Below the pieces are notes generated by a model. The model searched no databases, had not been told where the DNA came from, and saw only the letters and a program-made list of their open reading frames with translations. Both the position numbers and the translations under genes were made by a program. Positions 1 to 26,591 of a stretch of 64,000 bases of DNA are shown here, piece by piece. Origin of the DNA: Microbotryum violaceum (taxonomy: Eukaryota); the NCBI GenBank assembly GCA_001244265.2, contig LN717261.1:1193591-1257590 (forward strand), read 5' to 3'. Positions within the stretch are counted from its first letter, which is position 1, and each line of letters starts with the position of its first letter.

Positions 1-280
1 ATGGCCAAAGGCGAGGTGGAAAGTCCTGCCGAGCGAAGTTGGATGCGGATGCGGTCCGTGAGCGCCGTGAGTTTGGGAAGGTCGCGTTGGCTTCGCTGCT
101 CGTCCGTGAAGGTCAGGCGGAAGCTGTCGAGGCAGGACGGAACCATGGCGAGGACGTGGCGAGGACGTGGGTGGCGAGGACGTCATTGAGCGACGTTTTG
201 GCATCACGGATTTCTTGTGCAACCAACATGTACTCGCGGAGCCAAGTGTCGTATGCCTCGACGGAAGCGGGCATCTTCTT
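1..280 (-). pseudogene. Copia-type gag fragment, running off the window edge
   Basis: The minus strand translates to KKMPASVEAYDTWLREY...DVLATHVLA / MVPSCLDSFRLTF, resembling the copia A gag segment SLLVSHLLARMPSSLSAWRTTF; a short internal duplication shifts the frame. Confidence 0.5.
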
Positions 281-593
281 TGTGACGAGTCCACTCTCAG
301 CTCGGCAGAGGCGCCTTGGTCGTTACGCGAGCCCGCTAGCCTGCTCCCCTGCGCTGGGGACTTAGACGCGCGCAACTGACTCAGCGCGCCAGCGCCGGGT
401 GGATCGGTGCACGTGCCCGCTAGGCCGCCCCCTGCGGTGGGGACTTAGACACGCGCAACTGTCTTAGGGCGCTAGCAATTTCACCCGCGACTGGGCCTAT
501 CTCAGCGCGGGCCTCCTGTCTGTTCTTAGCTTCCTCCTCATCACTTCTGTTCGACTATCAACCTCTCCTGACAGTAGTGGTGATCGTCTTATA
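281..593 (+). repeat. Copia A LTR
   Basis: Starts TGTGACGAGTCCACTCTCAG and ends GATCGTCTTATA; homologous to 5288-5598 and to the reverse complement of 1268-1581; has an internal ~80-bp duplication (GGGGACTTAG...CGCAACTG). Confidence 0.9.
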
Positions 594-1255
594 GTCCTGA
601 CGCTATGCTCCCGTCTGCCCTCCGACGTTATTGACTACCTTCAGTCTGGCGTCCCTTCGTCGTCCTGGCCGCCATCTTACGTTTCATTATGGGATCACTA
701 CGCTCGCGCCTCGATCTGCGCCGCCGTTGATCCTTGGATGGTTCTTCCCGGCCTCTCGCAATACTTCGGCGACCCTCGCAGCGGTCACAAGATTTGGGTA
801 GCTCTGCGCATGCGATATGGCGCTGTCTCGGCGGTTGATCTTCTCCCTGTCATCTCTCGACTCTTCAGTCCCGACCCTATGCCCGACACCGCCGACGAGT
901 TCCTTCAGTTTCGCGACCAATTCGAGAACGACTCCCGCCTCCTCGACGACTCAAAGGTGACAACGGATTCTCTACTAGTGTCACACTTGCTTGCCCGGAT
1001 GCCATCCTCCCTCTCCGCCTGGCGGACAACGTTTGTCAATTTTCAGGGCACATCCCGTACACTGCACCCGGCCGCCCAGATCCTCAACCGTATCTACGCG
1101 AGATCAAGGCTTGTCCGGTCGACTCACCAGTTGCCGCCACTACCATTCCTCAGCAACGCGTCCCTCATAGCCCGAGCGACAAGGGCCTGGCGGCGGGTGT
1201 TTTGCTCTCACAGTGCACTGCGCCACACGGTGCGAAGAGCAGCTGGTAGCTTGTT

Positions 1256-1581
1256 GGGCTCATAACCTATAAGACGATCACCACAACTGTCAGGAGAGGT
1301 TGAGAGTCAAACAGCAGTGATGAAAAGGAAGCTAAGAAACAAAAGGGGGGCCCGCGCTGGGATAGGCCCAGCCGCGGGTGAAATCGCTGGCGCGCTGAGG
1401 CAGTTGCGCGCGTCTAAGTCCCCGCCACAGGGGGGCGGCTTAGCGGGCGTGCACCCGAATCCGCTGGCGCCGGTGCGCTGAGGCAGTTGCGCGTGTCTAA
1501 GTCCTCACCGCAAGGGGGCGGGCTAGTGGGCTCGCGCAACGACTGATGCGCCCCCGTCGAGCTGAGAGTGGACTCTTCACA
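1256..1581 (-). repeat. Inverted copia A LTR (1268-1581) with PBS (1256-1267), inserted in gag
   Basis: The reverse complement reads TGTGAAGAGTCCACTCTCAG...GTCTTATA followed by GGTTATGAGCCC, a copia-type tRNA-iMet-half PBS. Confidence 0.9.
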
Positions 1582-5598
<4,017 letters not shown>

Positions 5599-5786
5599 AA
5601 GGCTCTGGTCTCGTTCACTCTCTCCTTCTTCTTTAACACACACTCAATATCTATCTCGCCCATTCGCCTGCTACAAGTTGATTGACCTTGGCGATACTCT
5701 ATCTCACAATAGGTCATCTATCAACGCCGTGTAGCTACAGCGAATCTTCATTCATTCATTGGTACTCCAAGTCCAAATCCACAACA
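5599..5786 (+). repeat. 3' part of a copia B LTR
   Basis: Reverse complement of about 12359-12546; ends CAAATCCACAACA. Confidence 0.9.
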
Positions 5787-7523
5787 CCACCAATTCTGTG
5801 ATTGCTTGCATCAGTCATCACCCAGAACGGAGCGGCGTCGACGGAGTGGTCGGGTGGCCAAAGGCAGTCAAGTGAGGTGACAATGGCCTTGATGGCTTTG
5901 AAGTGGCGGACCTTGTTGGGTGTCCAGAGCGTGTCAAGGGAGTCAGCGTGGCGATGTGCTCAGTGAGGCCAGGGATGAACTTGCGAAGATACTGTACCAG
6001 CCCAAGGAAACCCCTTGTAAGGCGCCGCTCCGCTTATGCCTCACAACGACCTCGAGCCGACCTCTGCGGCCTCACGCTTGCCCTTGCACGCGATGCCGCC
6101 GCGTCTCTTGACCTTAGTCCTTTTAGTAGTCTTTCTTCGCCTGCGAATTACACCGTTTGATCCTTTCAGTTTGGACTTGGAACCAGTGAGGCTTGAGAGC
6201 AATCTCGTGCCTTTCACCCCTGAGTTCCTTGACCGTCTTGGGTAGTGCCCAGTCTTCAATGCGCTGAATCTTCTTGGGATCAGCATGCACACCGGCACGG
6301 TTGATGATGTGGCCAAGGAACGAGCACTCCGTGGTGGCAAGGTTGGTTTTGGTTGGAGAGCAGTAGAGTTTGGCACGGCGCAGCGCTTCCATGACTTGGC
6401 AAACATGGGCCTCGTGCTCCTCCAGTGTGTCCGCAAAGATGGTGATGTTGTCGAAGTAGACGAAGCAGATGGTGCCAAGCAAGCCTTGGAGTGCCTTGTT
6501 GACACGTTGTTGGTGGGTGGCAGGGGCATTGCAGAGGCCCATGGGCATGACGGTCCACTCGTACAAACCCCAAGGTGTGGACACGGCCATCTTAGGGATG
6601 CCCTCTTCCGCCATCTTGGTCTGAAAGAAGGAGTTGGTCATGTCAATCTTGGCCCAGAATTGCGCATTGGAGCACGTCGAGAGACTGTCATCAGGCAAGG
6701 GCAGAGGTGTGCGGTCTTTGACAGTGTGCTTGTTGAGCTTGCGGTAGTCATTCACTCAGTGCGGTGCAATTGTGGAATCCACGTCGCAGCCCTTCTTTGG
6801 GATGATGAACGAGGGTGACGAGTATGCCAACCGAGAGGGGCGGAGGCGACCGGCCGCGAGATGTTCCTGTAGTAGTAAGTACCATGCCTTGCGATCCTTC
6901 TTTGGGAGGGGGTATCCTCGAAGGTTGACAACAGTGAACGGAGTGTCAAGCTCAATACGGTGTCGCACTGGGGATTGGTACGAGAGTACAGGCGGGATAT
7001 CCGCAGGAAAACGGTCGGCAAACTCCGCTCGGAGGCGATGGTCAAGCGCGGCAAGGCGGAGCTGCTCCTCGTTGTCAGAAACCGGAGCGATTGCGGCAAC
7101 CCGCGCCGCAGCGCACGGCTGGGACGACAGCGCCAGCAGGTCTATAGCGTGTATGGGGTTGCTGGGCGTGCTGGGCAGTGCTGGGGCTGGGAGTCTGCGT
7201 GCTATGGTTGTGGGATCGGCTTGCCTCGACCAATCTGGGCTAGTTGATGGGGAGGGAACTGAAGAAGCTAAGTGCGCACGAGCTCCATTTCTAATACCTG
7301 TGGCCCGTAGTAAGGCGCACCTTTCCAAACCCAATTGCTGAACAAGCTCCTCACTGACAAACATTTGTGGTGATCCCAAATCGACTAGGGCGGAGGCAAG
7401 GAGAGGGTCATGAGCGCCAAGTAGGGAGACGGGTAAGGGGGGAAAGGGATGCGGTGCGTAGGTACTGTGGAGTTGGGGCGGGTCATTGGGCTTGTACGCG
7501 GGGCAGTGGCGCTGTGGAGTTGG
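5787..7523 (-). pseudogene. Ty3/gypsy element C pol remnant (protease, RT, start of RNase H)
   Basis: [47 protein letters not shown] (degenerate YLDD), [20 protein letters not shown]; related to but distinct from family E. Confidence 0.9.
6016..6216 (+). mobile_element. Solo LTR (201 bp)
   Basis: TGTAAGG...CTTTCA with 5-bp TSD CCCCT on both sides; interrupts gypsy C RT; second copy at 23364-23564. Confidence 0.95.
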
Positions 7524-7704
7524 TGTCAGGGTTGAGCTTGCTGAGCCGTAGGCAGCAGGCAATAGCGAGGATGATGGGACGAGATGCGGAATTGATGTAG
7601 TTGTTCTTGTAAGAGTACTAGAACAGAGGCCGAGGGAGCTGGAGGTTACTGGGGGAGTTGACTATGAGATCAAGATTGCAGAAGGAAGACAAGAGCGATT
7701 TCTA

Positions 7705-12695
<4,991 letters not shown>

Positions 12696-12756
12696 AGCTG
12701 CGCGGTGGCGCTGCGCTCAGACCTCGGACTGCTGATTTGTGACATCACCCCCGGGT

Positions 12757-18565
<5,809 letters not shown>

Positions 18566-18799
18566 GGAGGATATGACCAACGACTGAATCTGGCTGAAAC
18601 CCGGCTAAGCAAATATTGGACCATTATTGGCCAGTTTCCCCCTTTTGTGTAGTTGAGTCTTGGTCCTCTCTCTCCCTCTGAGGAGAACATGTTCATTTGG
18701 AACCAATCTGACACAACAAACACAGTCAACAATACCATTTCGAATACAACAAATTGATCGGCCCAGTACTTGTGATCCTTCTGTAACACCACCGGCCTT

Positions 18800-20912
18800 A
18801 CATGACGGGTTGGTTCGAGGAGGAAAGCATTGATCTTTGTGATGAGGTCCAATATTGACTTTTCGGGGAGAGATGCCAAGAATGAGGCCAGGTCACACCA
18901 AATGCCTGTGATGGTAATACACCTGCTGTGTGGTGCCTTCTCTTGGAGAGTTTGAAGGGTATCTTCAAGCCGCCCCACAGTGTTGCCATTGCTGCCTGCT
19001 GGGCCAGGATTATGTGAATTGCCCTGTTGTGCACAAAGGGAACCATTGATCCTGCCAGATCAATCCCGAATGCCATGTATGCGAGAGGGTGCTTGATGCC
19101 AAAGGTGTTGGCCACCCACATTCAAAGTGACATGAACCTAGTCCAGAGGAACGGCATTGCTTGGCAGCCAAAGGCGCCGCGCCATTCAATGTGGTACCAG
19201 GTGCATCAGCAACTTTACCACTCGCGCTTGGTGCAATTTGGCACCGGAGATTATAGAAAACGAGCTAAATGTCACTAAAAGTGCGCTTTTGGCACTAAAA
19301 TGCGCTAAATGGCACTAAATTGCACTAAAGCGCGAGTGGCAAAGTTGCTGATGTGTGCACGCTGCCATCGGGAAATTTTCGCTTGATTGCTATGCCTTGT
19401 CGCGCCTGCCAACGCTTGGACATGACCAAAATTTTGAACACCAAAGAGATGTCGAGCTTCCACAGGACCAAGTTGTCCGTAAGGAGCTTTGAGGAGAAAC
19501 GATGCCAACAAAGCAGGCGAATGAAATTGATGATAGTATCATACACCGTTGGATCCCATCGTTGAGGCCGGAGGAAGTGTGGTCTGCCACCACATGCATT
19601 CTATGGTTGGCCGATTTGACTACAAAGATCGAATTGTAGGTGACTCCGGGTAGAGGGAAAGCGGAGCCCGGGGAGACCCAGCGCTTTGTAACTTCTTTGT
19701 CGATGGTTGCTTGAATTAAGTCACGGTGGTGCTCGCTTTTTGGGAACCGTACGGTGGAGGGATCATCACCGCGAGCATCACTGCCATCATGCTGCGGCTC
19801 AAATCCGTCCGTACGAAAAGCGGAGATGAAGGAGTTGACCAGGATTGTGTTGGGGTGCTCTGCCAGAAGCTGCCCCAAATATCGATCGTCAATTGTTCGA
19901 GTGAAATTGAATTGAGAGGGATAAAGTTGCTGAGTTTCCGCAATGGTTGCGAGTCGCTCGTTAGTGAAGGATGCGCGATCAAGTGGTCCTGGGAGCCTGC
20001 CCAGTGACGAAGTCGAAGAAAGGAGAGGAGTGGTTGGGTAGTCCTTCGAGGGTGTGTCAAAGTGGAATTGCCTCTGGTACCTGGGTGCCAGCCCGAGGCC
20101 CGAAAGGTGAGAGAGAGAGGGATGGCCGTCCATTGTTGTCCGACACGACGACCATTGGTGACGACTTGTCCGGGGCTAGTGAGTCGACGCCATCCTCAAG
20201 GTATCTACTGCCGAGAGGCAGAAGCAGCCGCTGATCCGGCCGCTGCCACGATGAGACGTCCCCCATGTTGGAGGTGACGGTTTGGGCAGACAGCACTATT
20301 AGCTGCGCACCTGCCCTTGCAAGATGAGCAGATATGCCTATAAAGGCAGTCCTCCTCAATGTGGTTCTCACCTCTGTTGAACCTTTGCAGGCGTTGTTGA
20401 GTTTTTTCTTGGAAGGGATTGAACCCTGACGAGAGTACAATGAGGAGCCGTGGTTTGCCGCAGGCGGGCCCTCGTTGCGAAAGGGAGTTGTCTGAGCTAG
20501 CCATCTGCTGATCAGCTTCGCGTAGACACTGTTGCCTAGATGCAAGCAGCGAATGGATCAACTTGTTGGGGTCAGCGAGCTGTTTACGGTACTTGTTGTT
20601 GTATAGAACCATGAAGTCAAAACCCAGTTGGGAGTCCTTTGCCAGCTTGCGTAGGAAGCGCATGTAGTGCTTCCAATCCCGGCCTTGGTGGTAGTTGAAG
20701 ACCACCCCTTCAAGTTGTTTGACTTCCATTAACGCTTCGGTGTGTCCGGCATACGAGAGCGTCTTCTCGGGAAGGGACGCTTTCGATTTGATCATAGCTT
20801 CGATACCGTAGAACTTGCTACCGGAGGAATGCTGGAACATATAGAACAAATCCGAGGGTGCGGGATTGTTGGCATCAACAGCGCTCACAAATTGGCCGGT
20901 AAGGACCTTCAT
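18800..20912 (-). mobile_element. DIRS/Ngaro-like retrotransposon relic (gag-like ORF and RT)
   Basis: C-terminal Cys/His finger (FNRG...CLYRHICSSCKG); RT N-terminus LLAEHPN...GF...IDKEV; WKLDIS, WQARQ, FGCQAMPF, HPLAYM (the DD is missing); no tyrosine recombinase seen. Confidence 0.7.
19204..19353. mobile_element. MITE, 150 bp
   Basis: ~37-bp TIRs CATCAGCAACTTT(A/G)CCACTCGCGCTT..., 2-bp TSD TG, internal 10-bp GCACTAAATG-like repeats; removing it restores the RT frame DGSVHTWYHI. Confidence 0.85.
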
Positions 20913-22375
20913 GATCTCGATCTAGGGCTATTTGCCTAAGTAATTGGGAAGGCCGTATGCCGTGGCCATATGGAGCCGTAGGGATGCCTTAAGGGTGCCG
21001 TAATGTTCGCACGCGCATGTGTAAGAGTCCCTTATCTAGGGTACACTTAAGCAACACTTAACACGCGCGCGGCTTCACGAGTGGTTAAGGGCGCTTTGAC
21101 TCTCCTGACCACTCGCGCAAGCTGTAGCGGAATAGTGGTTCGAGTTGCAGCAAGACGAAGGACAACATTGGTGTAGGAGTTGTTAAACAAATACCTCAAG
21201 CGGTGAAAACCCAGCCTTCTGGGGAAACCGCAAGAAATTGATCTAAACGGAGGAGAGTCCGAACTTCTTGGTGATACACAGGGATGGTGGGCAGGATGAC
21301 AATTGGGAGCTTTGCGACCCAAGCTTCTGGATGTCAGTTGGCTGCAACTGATGATGGAGCAAGTCCACTGATCGTCTCAGCATACCTTTGCAACAAAGGC
21401 AAGACACTGTATAAAGACAGTTGTGGCGCAGTTGGTGCAGAGGACAACAAGGGGTCTGCTGAGAGATATGCAATTTAGCTGTTGAATTGCATTCTGCCAA
21501 GCCTTCAAACACTTTGACTTCGGGCCGCCGTTTGACGGGCTTGTCCGCCTTTCACCTCGCGCCTTCGCCTTGGCGCCTTGACACGCGCGCCTTCGCCTCC
21601 GCAAGTCTCCACCGCGCCCCCCTGTCCCTCGAGCCTCGCCGCATGACGCTTGCGCCCAACCTCACTCCTCGACCCATGTGCACCATTGTCACCTCGTCCA
21701 CATCTCGGTTAGTCTGCCCGTCGTTGCCAGCTTCGCCTGCTCTGCCATGCTCGCCACCACGCGCCTTTGCCTCTTGGCACCTTCGCCTCGGCGCCTTTGC
21801 AGCACCCCCTGTTACCCGAGCCTCGTTGCCTGATACACACGACCAGCCTCGCTCGATCGACCCATGTGCGCCTTAGTCAACACGTCCACATCCTGGTTCA
21901 TCCGTCCGGCCGTTGCCTGCTTTGCTCTGCACGCCTCCGCCGCCTTTCGCCCGCGCCACCCTGTTCAACTCACGCTCGCGCGCCGCCGTCTCCACGCCGG
22001 AACTTAGTCGATCTACCACTCCTGTCTTGCCGAACCGATGCCTCCGGTTAGCTACCATCAGCTTGTCATCACCGACCTCATGTTCCATCGGCCATCAGAG
22101 CATCGCCCATCCATGACGTCCGTCGTTCGCAACCTGGATCTTGTCGCCCCGGACTGCCCCGCTCACCAACACTCGACCATGGTAGATTAGTATCCCCTCG
22201 TGTCCGTTGTCCAACACAACACCTCTCAAAGCCTCCTGATGGCCCACTTGGAGTCTAGTCCTTGAAGCTTTGCAACGTCCCCGCCCAGTTTGCTTTAGTA
22301 CCTTTGCGCGCGCCCTTGCTAGAACCTTGTCAGACTTGCGCGCTCTCGCGCCTCTCTCCCTCTTCTCTATCGTTG

Positions 22376-22475
22376 CACTCGCCTAGTCAGACAGCTGAGA
22401 TTCCGTAGAGAACAGGTCCGTTGCAATCATCGTTTCACTCGCCTATTCAGACAGCTGAGATTCCGTAGAGAACAG
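22376..22475. repeat. 40-bp direct repeat, 60-bp period
   Basis: CACTCGCCTA(G/T)TCAGACAGCTGAGATTCCGTAGAGAACAG occurs twice. Confidence 0.85.
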
Positions 22476-23069
22476 AGCGCTCGGCTACGCTGCGGCCGCC
22501 CGCCAGCGTGCGTCCGCTCGCCTCGCGACTTCTCCACCTGGGAGTTCACTGCAACGCCGTCCTGCCTTGCAACCTCCTTGAAACGATCCGGCTCGTGCCG
22601 CCTCACAAATCACCAGCGACCCCTGGTCACAACTTAACATTAGCTTGTTGCCCAACAAGGACTCGGAGCAAAATGCCCCCACAAAGAATTTGCAGGGATC
22701 CAAGTGCAAAGTACACCGTGCAACAAGCTTGGGTGTATCGAAGCACTTACCCCGAGCTACTCTAAGCGAGCCACGTCGAGGGTTTCATACCGAGCTGCTA
22801 GCAGCTGTGAACGTCCGGCAAGATAGAGCTCTTGATCAGCGACCTCGTCAGCTGGGAGGTAGTCTTGGGAGTGAGGAACGCACCTGTCCCTACAGGTGGT
22901 GAACGCAGCCATAGAAGCTGGTAAGGAAACGTTGACAACGCAGTGAAGGCCCAAAAGAGAACGTGCGTTGTGAGTACCGCCCATGAGCCCGCGTGCGGGG
23001 GAAGCCCAGCTATAGCATCCACGGGGGAGAGAGGGTCCGTGCGTGCGAGCCTGAATCGGCGCGTCAAAT

Positions 23070-23278
23070 CCTTGCAGCAAAAGCCGAAAAGTCCATAAGA
23101 GCAGCTCTAGGCCGCTTAACGACTGCTTTACGAGGTTTCGCGCGCTTAAGCGCATTTGGCCATTTTGCTGATGGAGTACTTTAGGAGCCATGTACAACAT
23201 TGTGCCTCTTAACGAAGTGGATCTTCGATTGGTGATCATTGCTTGACCGAAGTATGGTATAGCAAAGTGGTCAATCAA
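23070..23278 (-). pseudogene. Protein-kinase fragment (possibly FunK1-like)
   Basis: YFGQA...GTMLYMAPKVL...GLELLLWTF resembles degenerate DFG / GTxxYMAPE / DLESxxW motifs. Confidence 0.45.
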
Positions 23279-23363
23279 AGATGATATGAGAGACTAGGTT
23301 CGGCGGCGCGCTCCGCGTGCCACCTCACAAGGTACCTGTTGACCTGCAATGTGATGTACTTTG

Positions 23364-23564
23364 TGAGAAGCACGAGATTGCTCTCAAGCCTCACTGGTTC
23401 CGAGTCCAAACTGAAAGGATCAAACGGTGTAATTCGCAGGCGAAGAAAGACTACTAAAAGGACTAAGGTCAAGAGATGAGGCGGCGCCGCGCACGAGGGC
23501 AAGCGTGAGGCCGCAGAGGTCGGCTCGAGGTCATCGTGAGGTGTAAGCGGAGCGGCGCCTTACA
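23364..23564 (-). mobile_element. Solo LTR, same family as 6016-6216
   Basis: TG...CA termini with TSD CTTTG on both sides. Confidence 0.95.
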
Positions 23565-26500
23565 CTTTGCTGCAACAGCTGCGGTACTGTTCAGTAACGG
23601 AAAGCTAGTGAGTCAGGTTGTGCGAAGACCGCGCAATGACAATCAAATGTACAGAGCCTTCATTTCATTATTGGACTACTTTTTTTGTTCTCTGGGAGCC
23701 CGATGATTGGCTCAGACCGTCGTCGAGACCCGTGTCGAGTGTGGACCTTTTCACGGGTGTCGCAAGCTTGACTTGCGAGCTGCCAATCGAACCGAGCCAT
23801 ACATGTTGGAATATACTTTCGACCAGCTGGAAACATCGACGGAGCTGCATTGGCGCCTCTCATTCCATCACTGAACTACTTTTTTGTTCTCTAGGAGCCC
23901 GATGATGGGCTCAGACCGTTGTTGAGACCCGCGTTGAGTGTGGAGCAACGCTATCTCGGTGATGTTGAGACTCTGAAGATACTCGATCAAGAACAGTGAT
24001 TCGTCTTCGTTTTCGACGCGCTGAAGAACGTTTGAACATCACCCGGCAGCAGGTCGAGCACCATATCGTTGATGTGATCCACCTGCGAATTTTTGGGCGC
24101 CAGTTTTGCTCGCTCTCGGAAGTATTCGACTTTTTTGCCTATCAACATTTGCCTATCGCGTCCAGTTCAAGCGCGGGGACGGAATAAACGTGTCTGATCA
24201 GCCCGGATGTTCCTCTTGGTCGCCTGCAGGAGAAGGTTACGTGGGAGCGCAATAGAGTTTTCTGTTTTGTTCGCCGAGCTATCTCCAACTCCTAAGAGCC
24301 AATCTGCAGAGCCCTGTGCCTTTGCCCGTTCCGTTTCGATCATGCGGTCTGCAGCGGCCAGAAGAGGCATGTTTGTCTGCGCTTGCACCGTGCCGTTGTT
24401 AGTATAGGGTCTAAAAGTCAGGCAAGGACTGCTACTTACAGAGAGATGCAGCACCTCAACTTCCCCCCAGAAGTCAGCATTCCATGATGCAAGCGTCGAG
24501 GATTTGCGCAGGCGATTACTTGGGAATAACGGAAGGCATCTTGAGAAAACTCATCTCCTGTGATGTTACAGTCCAACCGGTCAGTTAGTCATGATGCCCT
24601 GCGCTGTGCTGTGCTGTTGAAAGATTGGCACACACCTGCCAACACGAGGGTCAGTCCACCAAACCGAGCCGTTGACGATTGCACATTTTGCAACATCCTG
24701 TCCACCAACTGGAAACATCGACGGTGCTGCATCGGTGCCTAGTCCCAGAGCTCGGCGAGCTGTCCTTGTTTCGGAACATTGCACGTAGCGTTGTCAAAGA
24801 TGTCGATCGGGATCTTGAACCGTGAATGTGCCGTTCTGCCTTTTGGCAGTAGCAGTGCAGCAATACCCAATGATGCAACGGCAAGAGCGTATGTTCCCTC
24901 TGACCGAATCCGAGCAAAGTCCGTTTCTTCTAAGAACGTTTTGCCTGTCCCTCCCGGAGCATCAACGAAAAAAGACTTCTCCGCAGCTGTTCAGAATCGA
25001 GTCAAGAACTGTCTCAACAACAACGCGTTGTTTGGCGTTGCACGGCTCGAAGTTGCTCCTCCAGAGACCCTCCACTTCGTCGAGTTCTGCTGCTGTGGCT
25101 GATTCCTCCATGATGAGACAATTTGTTGAAGCTTTGTCATCGAACTGAATCGTTAGCAGCGGCAGGCCATGGTCTGACAATGAGGAGTCGAGTTGTTGCA
25201 GAATATTGCTGAGCTGTAGCAGCCCCCAGCTGGCTACATGCTCGGGTGTGATGTTTGGCTGCCGTCTTTGGTTCCGTAGCTGGTATTCAACGTCTTGGGC
25301 GAGGTTGTCATAGTGCTTTGTCCATAACTGCGCCGCGTTTGTCACTCCATCATCCGCCGTTAACAGCATGGCAAACAGGTGTCGAAGCTCGTGGCCAGTA
25401 CAGAAGACCGCTGCTTCCGTCAGACATCTGTCGGCTTCAGCGTTGTTGCGTATGAGCCCCCGTTCAACAGAGGCTTCCCGGAATGTTCGAAACTCAACAC
25501 CATTGAAAATCTTCAGATCCGCAAACGATGTCGGAGAAGGCACCTTGAGAAGAAGTAGTCACAAGTAGTATCGCTCTCCGCCTTCAGGACCACAAAAGTA
25601 AATTCTTCCGATTGTCCGGTTGTCAACTTTTTGTGGAACCCAAGCACAATCTTTGTTGTTCCATCGGGTTGGCACGTCGACGTAAAGCAAAGCTTGTGCG
25701 TTGTGATCGGGCGGCGTTTTGGCGCACAGTTTGATGAAGGCGGTTAACGTCGTTTCCGGTGGCGCTGATAAATCCGGTGCTCCGTGATCTGGGTCGAACC
25801 AAACTTGTTGCTCATCCGGGAGGTGCAGCGCAAGTATGGCCACTGCGGGATCCCAATCGTGCATCCTGAATCGAAATATCCGGTGAATGGCTTTGGGGGC
25901 GCAAACATATTGAGTGTCAAGGAAGTTGTTGATTTCGTCTTGAGTTCCGGGTTTGTCAATCGTGAATGAAGTACGGTCATGGCCCTTGTAAACGTACTTG
26001 TACAGTTACTTGATTGCGGCAACGTCGCTTGCGATTTCCACGTTAACATGACAATTGTACTTGGACGCAAGAAACGGATTTGTTGGAACAATGTTTGTAT
26101 CCGTATAAACTTCTTCTTGCGCTGTGCCCGGGAATTTGACATACTGGTGTATGCCGCAATGCCAGTAGTGTGGATAGCCACCGTCTTCGCTGGTCGTGCG
26201 TGGAGTCGTTTGGGAAACCGTTTGGTACATTTTCCATGGTCGTCATGGCAGGTGCTTGCCGGGATGATCACATTGCTGGTGTAGCATGGAGTTTGTGATG
26301 GTCTCAAACAATGCAGGGAATTTGTCGCGGTCCGGCATTTCTGCGGTCACTATCTTGTCATAGTCGTCGTTTGTTTTTGGTTTGTCTTCTGGATCCATGA
26401 TCAAAAGTATGTGGGCGTGAGGCAGTCCGCGCTTTTGAAATTCAACAACATAGACATATGCAATGACCTGTGCAAATAATTGAGACTTGTGAGCATCCTA

Positions 26501-26591
26501 TCCATTTTATATTGACCACACCAATTGACATACCTTTCCAAAGACTCCCGGTGCACAACCAACGCCTAATACATCCCCAAAAAGAGCTTTC

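Noticed and set aside
20921-21042. Possible hAT-type MITE bounded by TCTAGGG
   Set aside because: No convincing TIR pair or 8-bp TSD.
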